The notes: a model not told the origin generated them from the sequence alone. Shown: positions 1-13,189, numbered from the whole stretch's first letter. The stretch is DNA of 62,830 nt, filler included, from Octopus bimaculoides (GCF_001194135.2; 6 parts of 5 records of this genome joined end to end with filler, not necessarily neighbours in it); one strand, 5' to 3'. Numbers and translations are program-made.

Positions 1-427
1 TGTCCAAGATATACAAAAATACAGGGATTATTATTCTGCGAAAAAATCTCGGACTCTAAGCGAAAATTTCAAAACATATTATTGGTTTTATATTGTTAAT
101 AAAGAGAACTATTTATGTCACTGACTTTGTTGACTAATATTAAGTTGCGAGGGCCCCTTACTACCAGGAACATTAGATGGAGGGCGGGGTAGGTTTAATA
201 AGAGCGACACAAATGTAACAGCATTTTCTGTTGTGTCTGGGGAGAGTCATTCTCTTTTGGTGCCTTATAATTTAACACACTCACATAAAGAATCTTGCAA
301 ACCAAATCCAAGAATGAAATGTAACGGCATTGTTATGCAAATTATTGTAGCAGAGCAAATAAGCTGATCAAAGCTGTTTAAAAACAGCAGACTATTGCAG
401 CACGATCTTTTGATGGGTACATACATG

Positions 428-795
428 TTGGCACTCCGTCGCTTACGACGTCGAGGGTTCCAGTTGATCCTATCAACGGAACAGCCTGCTCGTGAAATTA
501 ACGGACAAGTGGCTGAGCACTCCACAGACACGTGTACCCATAACGTAGTTCTCGGGGATATTCAGCGTGACACAGGTACAACAGAAAAAGGAAGAAATAC
601 AGGTACAACAGAAAGAGTGAGAGAAAGTTGTGGTGAAAGAGTACAGCAGGGTTTGCCACCATCCCCTGCCGGAGCCTCCTGGAGCTTTAAGTGTTTTCGC
701 TCAATAAACACTCACAACGCCCGGTCTGGGATTCGAAACCACGATCCTATGACCGCGAGTCCGCTGCCTTAACCACTGGGCCATTACGCCTCCAC
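428..795 (-). mobile_element. tRNA-derived SINE, family C variant
   Basis: Minus-strand head GTGGAGGCGTAATGGCCCAGTGGTTAAGG...GGTTTCGAATCCC carries A/B boxes. The 3' body (428-575) is homologous to 25440-25622. Confidence 0.8.
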
Positions 796-1634
796 GATGG
801 GTACATTACAACACAATTAACAATTAGTTAGGGCTGGTCACGCTTGGGATATTTTGATAATAATTTTTAAAATGTTAGATCTCTTTAAAAAAGACAGGAG
901 GGTCATGGGTGGAATGCTATAATTGAAATGATATTTCTTTGAGCATGAGCATGACCAAGAATTTTAGTGCATGTGCAAAAACCAAAATTAATCAATCTGT
1001 CAAGAAGTTGTTTTAAAGAATTTGTTTCAGATCACAGAGACTGGGGTACCAAACATTATCATCGTAGGTTTAACGTCTACTTTTCTATGCTTGCATGGGT
1101 CAGGTTTTTTTCTTTTTTTTTTTGCGGCAGATTTTCTAGAGCTGGATGATGACCCCGTAACTTAGTGGTTTAGCATAAGAAACAAGTACAATAAGTACTG
1201 GGGCTGATTTGTTAGACAAATTATTTTGTCTCAAGGCTGTTCCCCAATAATGGCTGCAGTCCAAAGATTGAAACAAGTAAAGGATAAAAGATTTGTTGGG
1301 TTTTCCTGATAAGTTGATGGATTTTAAGTCCCACCAAAGTCAGCTTTGCATTCCATTCCTTCAGGGTCAGTAAAATAAAGTACCAGTCAGTTACTGGGGT
1401 TGATATAGTCAACTAATCTCCTGTCCCCAAATTTGAAGCTTAGTGTATGTTAGAAACATTTTTCAGCTTAGTAGTAGTAGTAGTAGTAGTAGTAGTGAAG
1501 TGATGAACTGGCAGAGTCATTAACATCTCAGACAAAATGCTTAGCAGTGCCTGGTCTGGGAATTGAACATGCAACCTCACAATTGTAAGCCCAATACTCT
1601 AACCACTGAGCCATGTACCTTCACTCGAAACCGT

Positions 1635-1708
<74 letters not shown>

Positions 1709-1712
1709 CTAG

Positions 1713-1757
<45 letters not shown>

Positions 1758-1768
1758 TAGTAGTAGTT
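1635..1768. repeat. Compound trinucleotide microsatellite (TAG)n/(TGG)n/(CAG)n
   Basis: Directly visible; it is the source of the poly-T/poly-A ORF at 1621-1818. Confidence 0.95.
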
Positions 1769-1939
1769 ATAGCAGATTGACATAAAATCACTGTGTTAAA
1801 CAATCGCATACATGTCATTCCTATGAAGCTTGATTCTTACCAACTTATGACAAACGACTGCATTTTTAAAACATTTCGGCAGAATGAAAAGTATTTCTTT
1901 AAAAATATGATTGGGAGATAATGTAAGCTGCTACCACCA

Positions 1940-1943
<4 letters not shown>

Positions 1944-1987
<44 letters not shown>
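1944..1987. repeat. (CT)n microsatellite
   Basis: Directly visible. Confidence 0.95.
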
Positions 1988-1996
<9 letters not shown>

Positions 1997-2846
1997 GTTT
2001 TTTTTTGTAAAATTTCCAGCAGTATTTACCAAATATTTCTCTTTCCCTTTTTCTCTGGAGAGCCATAAATTCTAGTGCCAAAGAGTTCCACTGCCATTCA
2101 GCTATGTTTATACATTCATTCCGTCTTAAATTCAACACATTCTTCTTAATGATGTATCCCCATTCATTTGGGTTATGCTCAAGAGGAAGTTTTGTAAATT
2201 AGCCATGTTGAGATAAAAATGGTATAAAAGTGCCTGATAACACCTTTTATAAATGACCACAATAAACATGGTTTGGTGAAGAGGAAAGTAAGCTTAAAAA
2301 CAAGAATTATTAAGTCAGTTTCTTTATAATTTCAGAATGTCTATAAAAACAGTCAAATGATCTTGGTAAAAATCCATTCCAAAATGTCATTTGGAATTCT
2401 GTGTTTGTCTCAAAGGCTGTCATTTCCATGTTGAAAAGAATCCAAGTAATTCCTACGGAGAAAATTCCATTTCATATCTGTCTTCCCTTATGGCTTGTTC
2501 CTGCCGCCATCTGTCATTTATCACATAAAACTCTTACTTTCTTGCTTTGGTTTACGTCTTGTCTCAGTCTTCTTGCAAGAATCTGAGAAGTTTTGGTGCT
2601 TTCAAACATTCTAACCATCTTTTACATTAAAAAAATAAGTGAATGAATATTATTCTTTCGGGAGATGTTAATTTTAATTTCTGGTTGATACAATTATTGG
2701 CTAGCAGAATTGTTTGATAGAATGCATAGCAGTTATAGCTCTAAACATTTTGAGATCAAATCCTGTTGATATTGATCATCATCACCATCGTTGTTAGAAC
2801 AGCTTTGCCAGACAGGGCGGTCTTGTTCTTGCAATTCCCTGGTGAG

Positions 2847-2882
<36 letters not shown>

Positions 2883-3187
2883 ATAATATTATTAGGGACA
2901 AAATCCAAAATTACAGGTAAAAAACTCAATTAAAATCAATTTATAAAAAATTAAAATTAAATTGAGCCTTATAGATAAAGTATATATAAAATATATATAG
3001 TTTTAGGGAAAATAACCAATTTTCAAGAACTCATCGATGAAAATCCACTATCACATATAGAAAAATTAATAATTAAAAGCACAATAAATGAGTATAATAT
3101 AAAGTAAAGTAAATATCATAAGATAAATATAATACAAAGATATATATATATATACTTTATTTAAAAACAGCAGAAATATAACAAAAG

Positions 3188-3227
3188 ACTGTTACTCGGA
3201 GTTTCACGTTCCCGTTCATCGGACAGT
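3188..3227 (-). ncRNA. Candidate minimal type I hammerhead ribozyme (U4C core variant), probably Penelope-associated
   Basis: Minus strand ACUGU-CCGAUGA-ACG(GGAA)CGU-GAAA-CU(CCG)AG-UA-ACAGU gives stem I 5 bp, stem II 3 bp, a short stem III and a GUA cleavage triplet. Confidence 0.55.
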
Positions 3228-3316
3228 TTTGTTACTCTACCTCTGGTATTTGAGTACTCATTTTTTCCCCTTGTTGCTTACTCCGGTATATATATATATA
3301 TATATATACATGCATA

Positions 3317-3505
3317 TGTTTGTCCTCCCAACATCGCTTGACAACCGATGCTGGTGTGTTTACATCCCCGTCACTTAGCGGTTTGGCAAGGAGACCAATA
3401 TAATAAGTACTAGGCTTACAAAGAATAAGTTTTGGGGTCAATTTGTTCAATTAAAGGCGGTGCTCCAGCATGGCAATAGTTTCAAATGACTGAAACAAAT
3501 GAAAG
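3317..3505 (+). mobile_element. SINE family A, 3' half
   Basis: CATCGCTTGACAACCGATGCTGGTGTGTTTAC...ATGACTGAAACAA is shared with many copies in the window. Confidence 0.85.
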
Positions 3506-3614
3506 AATTAAAGAATATGTGTGTATGCATGTATGTATGCATGCGTTTGTTTGTGTGTGTCTTTGTGTTTGTTTGTTTGTACCCTTGTCGAGACATCACA
3601 TAACAATTGTAAAT

Positions 3615-3822
3615 GAGTATCGCCATCACACAAGCAACGTTGCTAGTTTCCAGTCTTCCATGAAAGAAAAAATTCTATCTATGGAAAAATTTTATCCACT
3701 TGGAATCAAGGAAAGATTAGTGGCAGCACGGGCACCAGGCCATAGAGAATCTGTCGCAACAAATTTCATCCGATCCTTGCAAGCATGGAAAAGTGGATGT
3801 TAGAAATGATGAAGATGACGAT
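3615..3822 (+). mobile_element. Repeat ending in an RTE-type 3' tail
   Basis: Ends GCAAGCATGGAAAAGTGGATGTTAGAAATGATGAAGATGACG, homologous to the tail at 59790-59847. Confidence 0.55.
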
Positions 3823-4542
3823 ACCAGTATTAGAAACCATTTTTATTTTGTAATCTACTTTCCTGTAGCTAAATAAGCAGCCTTTAAAAATGACCTCTTT
3901 TTAGCTTTCGGGGGAGGGTAACTTCTTCAGAAAATGTTGGTCATATTTAGCAAGCATCAACAATGTTTTTTGATTTAAACAGACAGCTATTATAGACTGC
4001 AAAAATACCTACTGTGTGATCCAATACCAATTCTATCTATTAGCTTTACACATTAATAAGGAAAACAGAAAAAGGAAAAATTTTAAACAATCTTCAAGTG
4101 AAAGATTGTGTTAAACAATTATGTTGCCAAATTAGAAATTGGTTTATAATTCTGGAACACATTTTACATTGTCTCTTCCTTATTTGTTTGTCTAAAACAG
4201 CAGAAAATTCACATTTGACATATTCTCAGTAGATTCTCTTTTCTAGTGAATTTGTTAATTCGGTCTGACTTACATAGAACCATTGCATTCATAGAATCAA
4301 CAAGGATAATGGGAACAGTGATTTTAATAGAAATTTTAGTGACTTCATAGGATAAAAAGCAGATCTGCTTCTGAAGGGAGATTGAACTTAGGACACCAAG
4401 AGATTCTGCAAAGCATTTTAGTCTAGTGTTCTATTGTTTTTGCTACTAAACTAACTTTTATACTAGCAGCTCCCAGTATAAACTCCAGTCATGGAAATAA
4501 ATCTTTTAGTTTTGAAATTATTTTATAAAGTGCATATATATG

Positions 4543-4609
<67 letters not shown>

Positions 4610-4659
4610 GCACATATATACATATATATATATGCACACACACACACATATATATATAT

Positions 4660-4952
4660 GCAAGTGTCTTCTACTGCAGTCTTGACCAACCAAAGCCTTA
4701 TTTCTAGATTTGGAAGACAGAAACTAAAAGAAGCCTGTTGTAAGTGTAAGTGTGTGTGTGTGTCTCACACTACCACTTGACAACTGGTGTCGGTGTGTTT
4801 ATGTCCCTGTAACTTAGCAAAAATGAATGCTAAATTAAATACCAGGCTTTAAGAAAATAAGTACAGGGGTTAATACTTGACTAATACTTGACTAAAATTC
4901 TTGAAGGCGGTGTCCCAGCATGGTTGCAGTTTAATGACTGAAACAAGTAAAA
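4660..4952 (+). mobile_element. SINE family A, 5'-truncated
   Basis: GCAAGTGTCTTCTACT...CCAGCATGG...ATGACTGAAACAAGTAAAA. Confidence 0.8.
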
Positions 4953-5702
4953 ATTCATATATATATATATATATATTTTACTCCTACTGTTAGAGAAAAA
5001 AATGTCAAATAGTTTTTACAATAAAGACAAGTGTATCATATCATCAGAAATAAAGAATATTTGATTCACGTTATTTGTATGAATTTTTCTTATAAAATCA
5101 TGTTTTTTTTAATAATTTTTTTTGTTCCAGATTTATTGTTTGGGTGTGGACTAATCTCTACTTTTGTTTCACCTCTGTTGGAAACATGTCAAATTTTACA
5201 AGGAAAAAAGATTGAGTACAACTATTTTTTCGTTTATTCTTTTACTTAAACAATTATATAATTTATATTAAGTTCATTGAAAAGAAAAATAACAAACTTC
5301 TCGAAAGATTAAATGTCTGTGCTTCTAAGATGAGTTGTTAAGATTATAATTTTCTGGACTGTTAACCTAATTTTTAGCGCCTGTTTACGCTACAGTTGTC
5401 ATCAGGTGTCCTATTTCTAAATTTGTACATATGTCTGCTTAACAAGTTCAGTTCTCAGCTTAGGATACTGGGTTCAATCCTACTTTATGGCACCTTGGGA
5501 AAGTGTCTTTTACTATATCCTTGGGTTAACCAAAATCTTGGAGCAGGTTTGGTAGACAGAAACTGAAAGAATCCTGTCATATAATACATGTATATCATCA
5601 TCATCATTATTTAATGACTGTCTGGTGCAGTTAAACTGTCTAAGCCATGCCAGCATGGACAATGGACATTAAATGATGATGATGATGATGATGATGATGG
5701 TC

Positions 5703-5815
5703 CCGTGTTCAGTCTCACTGCGTGGCACCTTGGGCAAGTGTCTTCTACTATAGCCTCGGGCCGACCAAAGCCTTGTGAGTGGATTTGGTAGACAGAAACT
5801 GGAAGAAGCCTGTCG

Positions 5816-5846
<31 letters not shown>

Positions 5847-6040
5847 TTGTTTATCCCCCCCCAGCATCGCTTGACAACCGATGCTGGTGTGTTTGCGTCC
5901 CCGTAACTTAGCAGTTCGGCAAAAGAAGCCAATAGAATAAGTACTAGGCTTACAAAGAATAAGCTCTGGGGTCGATTTGGTCGACTATAAAGGCAGTGCT
6001 CCAGCATGGCGGCAGTCAAATGAGTAAAACAAGTAAAAGA
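5703..6040 (+). mobile_element. SINE family A, near full length
   Basis: GTTCAGTCTCACTGCGTGGCACCTTGGGCAAGTGTCTTCTACTATAGCC, internal (TA)n(TG)n, and the standard 3' end. Confidence 0.9.
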
Positions 6041-6253
6041 GAGAGAGAGAGAGTATACAAACATGTCCATATGATTAAAACCTGGGTACGTAGATATGTC
6101 TGTCAGGCAATGTACAGACATTTCCCTGTCAAAACTGAAAATAAATGGTTTGAGCAAATAGCAACTTTAGTATGTGACAATAAATGACTTGGTTATTCTA
6201 CTTTGGGAAATGTCTGTTCAGTCTGACAACAAGAACAAAATGAACCACTGAGA

Positions 6254-6613
6254 TCATCATTATCATCATTGTCATCATTCAATGTCTGTTTTCCAAGCTG
6301 GTATGGGTTGGACGGTTTGACAGGAGGTCAGACTGTTTGACGGGAGCTGGCAAGGTCAGGAGCCACACCAGATTCCATAGTCTGTTCTCGCTTGGCTTCT
6401 ACAGCTGGATGCTTTTCCTGTCACCAACCACTTTGCAGAATGTACTGAGTGTTTTTTGTTTATTGCTGTGGCACCAGCACCAGCACTTTTTATGTGACAC
6501 CACCATCACCACCACCACCCGTACCACCACCCGCACCACCACCCACACTACCATGCGCACCACCACCACATGCACCACCAGCACCACCTGCACCACCGGC
6601 ATAACCGGCACCA
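6254..6613 (-). mobile_element. RTE-tailed repeat with expanded GCACC/ACC array, running into a gap
   Basis: CATCAT...GCTGGTATGGGTTGGACGG...TTCTACAGCTGGATGC is homologous to 59351-59513. Confidence 0.7.
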
Positions 6614-7439
6614 CNNNNNNNNNNNNNNNNNNNNNNNNNNNNNNNNNNNNNNNNNNNNNNNNNNNNNNNNNNNNNNNNNNNNNNNNNNNNNNNNNNNNNN
6701 NNNNNNNNNNNNNNNNNNNNNNNNNNNNNNNNNNNNNNNNNNNNNNNNNNNNNNNNNNNNNNNNNNNNNNNNNNNNNNNNNNNNNNNNNNNNNNNNNNNN
6801 NNNNNNNNNNNNNNNNNNNNNNNNNNNNNNNNNNNNNNNNNNNNNNNNNNNNNNNNNNNNNNNNNNNNNNNNNNNNNNNNNNNNNNNNNNNNNNNNNNNN
6901 NNNNNNNNNNNNNNNNNNNNNNNNNNNNNNNNNNNNNNNNNNNNNNNNNNNNNNNNNNNNNNNNNNNNNNNNNNNNNNNNNNNNNNNNNNNNNNNNNNNN
7001 NNNNNNNNNNNNNNNNNNNNNNNNNNNNNNNNNNNNNNNNNNNNNNNNNNNNNNNNNNNNNNNNNNNNNNNNNNNNNNNNNNNNNNNNNNNNNNNNNNNN
7101 NNNNNNNNNNNNNNNNNNNNNNNNNNNNNNNNNNNNNNNNNNNNNNNNNNNNNNNNNNNNNNNNNNNNNNNNNNNNNNNNNNNNNNNNNNNNNNNNNNNN
7201 NNNNNNNNNNNNNNNNNNNNNNNNNNNNNNNNNNNNNNNNNNNNNNNNNNNNNNNNNNNNNNNNNNNNNNNNNNNNNNNNNNNNNNNNNNNNNNNNNNNN
7301 NNNNNNNNNNNNNNNNNNNNNNNNNNNNNNNNNCAATACAACTGTTTCAAGCGGCTCCGTTTAATTGAACAATGCAATCATTACCTCAATTTAAATTTTC
7401 CTATATTTTTTCCGGCATGAAAATACACCACCTCTTTTG

Positions 7440-7478
<39 letters not shown>

Positions 7479-8373
7479 AAGATAAATTAAACATAGAGAT
7501 ATTCTATTGGCAATCCAATAATTTATTTATATTACAATATTACATTAAGCACTATGAATATAATATATAACATAACAATATTATATAACATAAATAATTA
7601 TAAAAACCAAAGAAGGCCAACAAATTGTTTTGATTTATAGATATTTTTTCTGATATACATAATCACGGTTCCATTATATATATAGTCACTTCAGGGTCTT
7701 TGGTTTAGAAAAAGAAGAAATTCTGTGTGAAAGGACGGCTGGATTGTAAAAATTAATTTAAATGTCTGTGTTATGAATGTTAACTATTCAATCATACATC
7801 AATTATAATTAAAAAACAACAAAAATACTTTAATGGACGACACAATCAAGTAAGTGCAACCCACAACCAGCGAAATTCACTTCATTATATCTCAAACACA
7901 CACCAGTTTGTTACTTTATATATATAGATATATATGACCATAAATGCATTTTTTCTCTGTGTGCGGCCTGTCAGATATTTATATATCTTTCCTTGATTCT
8001 ATTAGCCAAAGACCAATCCACTAGTTGACTGTTCCAGCTCTTAAGGGCCATCAGACACTGTAAGCAGGTGAAAAAGACCAAGCTATTATAAATATGTGTG
8101 GTAGAAATGGCCACTGACGATGGTTGATGAAGTTCTATGTTAGGACATTGGTAAGTAGTTATAGAAGGCTAAGGAATTGGTAACATTAGATCTCAAGATG
8201 ATGGGCCACCTAGTCACCATGTCAGAAGAAGGAAACCAGTGATTTACTGTGCTGCAGATCTATCCAACCCATGCTGCATTGCTAAAACATAGAATAACAA
8301 TTATGATGATGACAGCAACGGCAGTTGTGATGACATTTACAAATACATACACACTCACACACACACACATTTT

Positions 8374-8418
<45 letters not shown>

Positions 8419-8518
8419 NNNNNNNNNNNNNNNNNNNNNNNNNNNNNNNNNNNNNNNNNNNNTTAATTAATTAANNNNNNNNNNNNNNNNNNNNNNNNNN
8501 NNNNNNNNNNNNNNNNNN
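8419..8518. other. Artificial scaffold spacer (44 N + TTAATTAATTAA + 44 N)
   Basis: An identical 100-bp structure occurs five times; the 12-mer is a stop in all six frames. Confidence 0.95.
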
Positions 8519-8559
<41 letters not shown>

Positions 8560-8870
8560 TAGATAGGTATGATATATACATGTTTATATAGATATTGATT
8601 TGTTATTATTATCGAAGTCAATCAATAGAAATAGTCCATAATAACAACAATATAGGTGGTTGCAGGTCTAAATTACGTTATATAGCTTTGGAATTAAAAT
8701 TATATTAATTAAAGGACACAACTGAGTGTCTACCCGCTAGAAATAAGAGTTAAAACTCTCATTTGGACCACCAAAAATTATACTGAAAATAACAGATAGA
8801 ACAGTATACAGGCGAGCGAACCGAAAAACGACCTCTCACATACCATTATAGCATAAAGTTATATATTTAT

Positions 8871-9029
8871 AGGCGTAGGAGTGACTGTGGGGTAAGTAGT
8901 TTGCTTACGAACCACATGGTTGTGGGTTCAGTCCCACTGCGTGGCACCTCTTCTACTAAAGCCTCGGGCTGACCAAAGCCTTGTGAGTGGATTTGGTAGA
9001 CGGAAACTGAAAGAAGCCCGTCGTATATA

Positions 9030-9071
<42 letters not shown>

Positions 9072-9180
9072 TGTGTCTTTGTTTGTCCCCCCCCCACATC
9101 GCTTGACAACCGATGGTGGTGTGTTTACGTCCCCGTAACCTAGCGGTTCGGCAAGAGAGACGGATAGAATAAGTACTAAG
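8871..9180 (+). mobile_element. SINE family A with intact head, 3'-truncated
   Basis: AGGCGTAGGAGTGACTGTGGGGTAAGTAG...GGGTTCAGTCCCACTGCGTGGCACC. Confidence 0.9.
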
Positions 9181-9876
9181 CAACCTACTTACCACACAGC
9201 CACTCCTGTATGTATATATATATACACACAAACACAAACACACTAGCACAAACACACGCACATATAAGTCAGTAATATGTGATATATTAAAAAACTGAAT
9301 TACTACATCTATAGAGAGATATAATAGGTAAGTTAGTGAAAACATATTTAAAATGCAGAGCATCAAACAGAATACCAACTCGGAAATACTGATTAGATGA
9401 ATAAATATATAAATTAATAAAGAACTGTTTGGTTAATATTATTTTGTTTCTTTTGAGAAGAAAGGGACATAACTTTTGACATGTTTCAGTATTATTTGTT
9501 CTCCCCAGTGAAGCATATACTTCACCATATATGATAAAGTAGCGATGAGAGATCCCCTGAGAAAAATGTACAGAATTGTACATTTGTAGGCGTAGTAAAA
9601 TAGATATGTTCTGAGAATGAATTATTCTTAGATGCCTTCTGCATAAAAAAATAATAGTTAAGTTAATGTTAGCATACTTAATGTAGTTAGCATAAAAGGA
9701 GAAAAAAAAAACAACAACAAATGAACAAAAAAACAAAATAGAACAAGAAAAAGCTAAAGTGGTAAAAGAGAGCGATATGATTCATGGACTAATATAGCTG
9801 TTTTGAATCTTGCAGCAAATGCGTAGAGGTTCTAATGGAAACTGGAAATGCTTTGTACGAGAGAGAGAGAGAGAGA

Positions 9877-9951
<75 letters not shown>

Positions 9952-10171
9952 CGTATGTGTGAGGAACGGCGAAGAATCGAGAGTTGCAAATTACCGGGAA
10001 TTAAGTAGAATTGAGAGATAGAGGTTTGTATGCATGTATGTATGTATGTATTTGAGTGTGCGTGCGCGTGCGCGTGTACATATATATATTTACACATATA
10101 TTTATATACATATATATGTGTGTGTATGTATGTGCGTGTGTGTGCGCGCGTGTGTGTGCATATGCATATGG

Positions 10172-10220
<49 letters not shown>

Positions 10221-10260
10221 CTTACATACACACATATTTATATAGATATGCAAATACATT

Positions 10261-10300
<40 letters not shown>

Positions 10301-11100
10301 ACCATTTAGATATGCATTTACATGTACATGTATNNNNNNNNNNNNNNNNNNNNNNNNNNNNNNNNNNNNNNNNNNNNNNNNNNNNNNNNNNNNNNNNNNN
10401 NNNNNNNNNNNNNNNNNNNNNNNNNNNNNNNNNNNNNNNNNNNNNNNNNNNNNNNNNNNNNNNNNNNNNNNNNNNNNNNNNNNNNNNNNNNNNNNNNNNN
10501 NNNNNNNNNNNNNNNNNNNNNNNNNNNNNNNNNNNNNNNNNNNNNNNNNNNNNNNNNNNNNNNNNNNNNNNNNNNNNNNNNNNNNNNNNNNNNNNNNNNN
10601 NNNNNNNNNNNNNNNNNNNNNNNNNNNNNNNNNNNNNNNNNNNNNNNNNNNNNNNNNNNNNNNNNNNNNNNNNNNNNNNNNNNNNNNNNNNNNNNNNNNN
10701 NNNNNNNNNNNNNNNNNNNNNNNNNNNNNNNNNNNNNNNNNNNNNNNNNNNNNNNNNNNNNNNNNNNNNNNNNNNNNNNNNNNNNNNNNNNNNNNNNNNN
10801 NNNNNNNNNNNNNNNNNNNNNNNNNNNNNNNNNNNNNNNNNNNNNNNNNNNNNNNNNNNNNNNNNNNNNNNNNNNNNNNNNNNNNNNNNNNNNNNNNNNN
10901 NNNNNNNNNNNNNNNNNNNNNNNNNNNNNNNNNNNNNNNNNNNNNNNNNNNNNNNNNNNNNNNNNNNNNNNNNNNNNNNNNNNNNNNNNNNNNNNNNNNN
11001 NNNNNNNNNNNNNNNNNNNNNNNNNNNNNNNNNNNNNNNNNNNNNNNNNNNNNNNNNNNNNNNNNNNNNNNNNNNNNNNNNNNNNNNNNNNNNNNNNNNG

Positions 11101-11169
11101 TCTGCCTGCCTGCCTGCCTGCTTGTCTGCCTGCCTACCTACCTACCTACCTACCTACCTACCTACCTAC

Positions 11170-11235
<66 letters not shown>
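11101..11235. repeat. Compound tetranucleotide microsatellite (CTGC)n(CTAC)n(CTAT)n
   Basis: Directly visible. Confidence 0.95.
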
Positions 11236-12954
11236 CTCTTTCTCTGTCTGCTTCTCTCTGCAATGACTTGTTTTTCGTTTCACTTCCTGGACTATATTTC
11301 TCTCTATCTTTAATACACTCATCTACCTTTCTTTCCCATGCCTCTCTTTCTCTGTCTCTCTACCCTCTCTATGTCTAGCTCCCAACTCTCTCTCTCTCTC
11401 CTCCCAGCAGCTCCTCATTTATTATCATTTCCTACCTCTCTCTCTCCTTTCTGTGACTACCATACAATCTCCATTCAGTACCATACTGTGCTGTCTCCCA
11501 CAGTTTCTATCTTCTACACAATCTGTTCACAGAAGAAGCTGAGTACTACGATATACACAAGACAAGAAGGAAAAATATGCAAAGAGAAAAGGAAAAAAGA
11601 AAAAAGTCAACAAAAACACAACAAAATCCAAAAAATGTGAAGAGAAGGAAATTGAACCCACTTCAAATCTTTAACTCCACCTCCGCCAAAAAAAAAAAAA
11701 NNNNNNNNNNNNNNNNNNNNNNNNNNNNNNNNNNNNNNNNNNNNNNNNNNNNNNNNNNNNNNNNNNNNNNNNNNNNNNNNNNNNNNNNNNNNNNNNNNNN
11801 NNNNNNNNNNNNNNNNNNNNNNNNNNNNNNNNNNNNNNNNNNNNNNNNNNNNNNNNNNNNNNNNNNNNNNNNNNNNNNNNNNNNNNNNNNNNNNNNNNNN
11901 NNNNNNNNNNNNNNNNNNNNNNNNNNNNNNNNNNNNNNNNNNNNNNNNNNNNNNNNNNNNNNNNNNNNNNNNNNNNNNNNNNNNNNNNNNNNNNNNNNNN
12001 NNNNNNNNNNNNNNNNNNNNNNNNNNNNNNNNNNNNNNNNNNNNNNNNNNNNNNNNNNNNNNNNNNNNNNNNNNNNNNNNNNNNNNNNNNNNNNNNNNNN
12101 NNNNNNNNNNNNNNNNNNNNNNNNNNNNNNNNNNNNNNNNNNNNNNNNNNNNNNNNNNNNNNNNNNNNNNNNNNNNNNNNNNNNNNNNNNNNNNNNNNNN
12201 NNNNNNNNNNNNNNNNNNNNNNNNNNNNNNNNNNNNNNNNNNNNNNNNNNNNNNNNNNNTTTTTTTTTTTTTTTTGTAATTCTCTCTACTTTATGTTTTA
12301 TTGTTATTTATTTATTTATTTTTTAAATATATTAATGCTTTAGTTCTGAAAGATTTGTTGTCTCAGATGAAATAAATTTGACCTTTACTTATTGGTTAAA
12401 ATGTCACATTCTCAACCTGTCAAAACTGATTCGACTTCTTCATTAAAAACACTTTCACAATCGATTTTCTGATTTCAATATCTCACATGAAAGTAAATAC
12501 TTAAAAACTTCATCTCTTTTTTTTTCATTTTTTTTTTAACCTCCAACTCTTATTTCTGTTTTGTTACTCTACGTACTGATGTCAAAATATTATGTTGTGA
12601 CATAAGTATAAGGCATTGGATTTATAGTAATGTCTTCCTACTGAAGAGGAAATTGTGGTGGAAATTGCAAGTATCTTCTAGCGTTTAGTTTTTACTTGCT
12701 TCAGTCATTGGACTGAGGCCATACTGCGGCTCTGCCTTGAACAGATCTATCTTAGTACTCATGTTTTCTTTTTTAAAGTCTTGTATTTATTCTATAGGTC
12801 ACTTTTGTCGAATCGGTAAGTTATAAGGATGTAAATAAACTAGCTTATCAAGCTGTGTGTGTTCGTGGAGAGCAAACACAGACTCAAAGACACACACATA
12901 CACACGAGCGCGCGCGCACCCGAAACACACCCCACACCTATCTATCTATCTATC

Positions 12955-13189
12955 TTATTTCTTTATTGCCCACAAGGGGCTAAACATAGAGGTGACAAAC
13001 AAGGACAGACAAAAGGATTAAGTCGATTACATCGACCTCAGTGCGTAACTGGTACTTAATTTATCGACCCCGAGAGGATGAAAGGCAAAGTCGACTTCGG
13101 CGGAATTTGAACTCAGAACATAACAGCAGACGAAATACCGCTAAGCATTTCGCCCGGCGCGCTAATGTTTCTGCCACCCCGCCGCCTTA
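12955..13189 (-). mobile_element. SINE family B, full length
   Basis: Reverse complement starts TAAGGCGGCGGGGTGGCAGAAACATTAGCGCGCCGGGCGAAATGCTTAGCGG and continues GAGTTCAAATTCCGCCGAAGTCGACTTTGCCTTTCATCC. Confidence 0.9.

Noticed and set aside
724-795. tRNA-like sequences here and at 14789, 21915 and 46142
   Set aside because: These are SINE heads: A/B boxes are present but they run into repeat bodies and lack a clean cloverleaf.
2330-2620. Protein-looking minus-strand stretches with a possible GTAAGA donor
   Set aside because: Stops occur in all frames and no family is recognisable.
5116-5249. Strong T-rich acceptor (TTCCAG at 5130) with an open frame
   Set aside because: Such acceptors are common in AT-rich DNA; there is no good donor and no recognisable product.
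9490-9545. Acceptor TCCCCAG followed by EAYTSPYMIK*
   Set aside because: Too short, with no corroborating exon.
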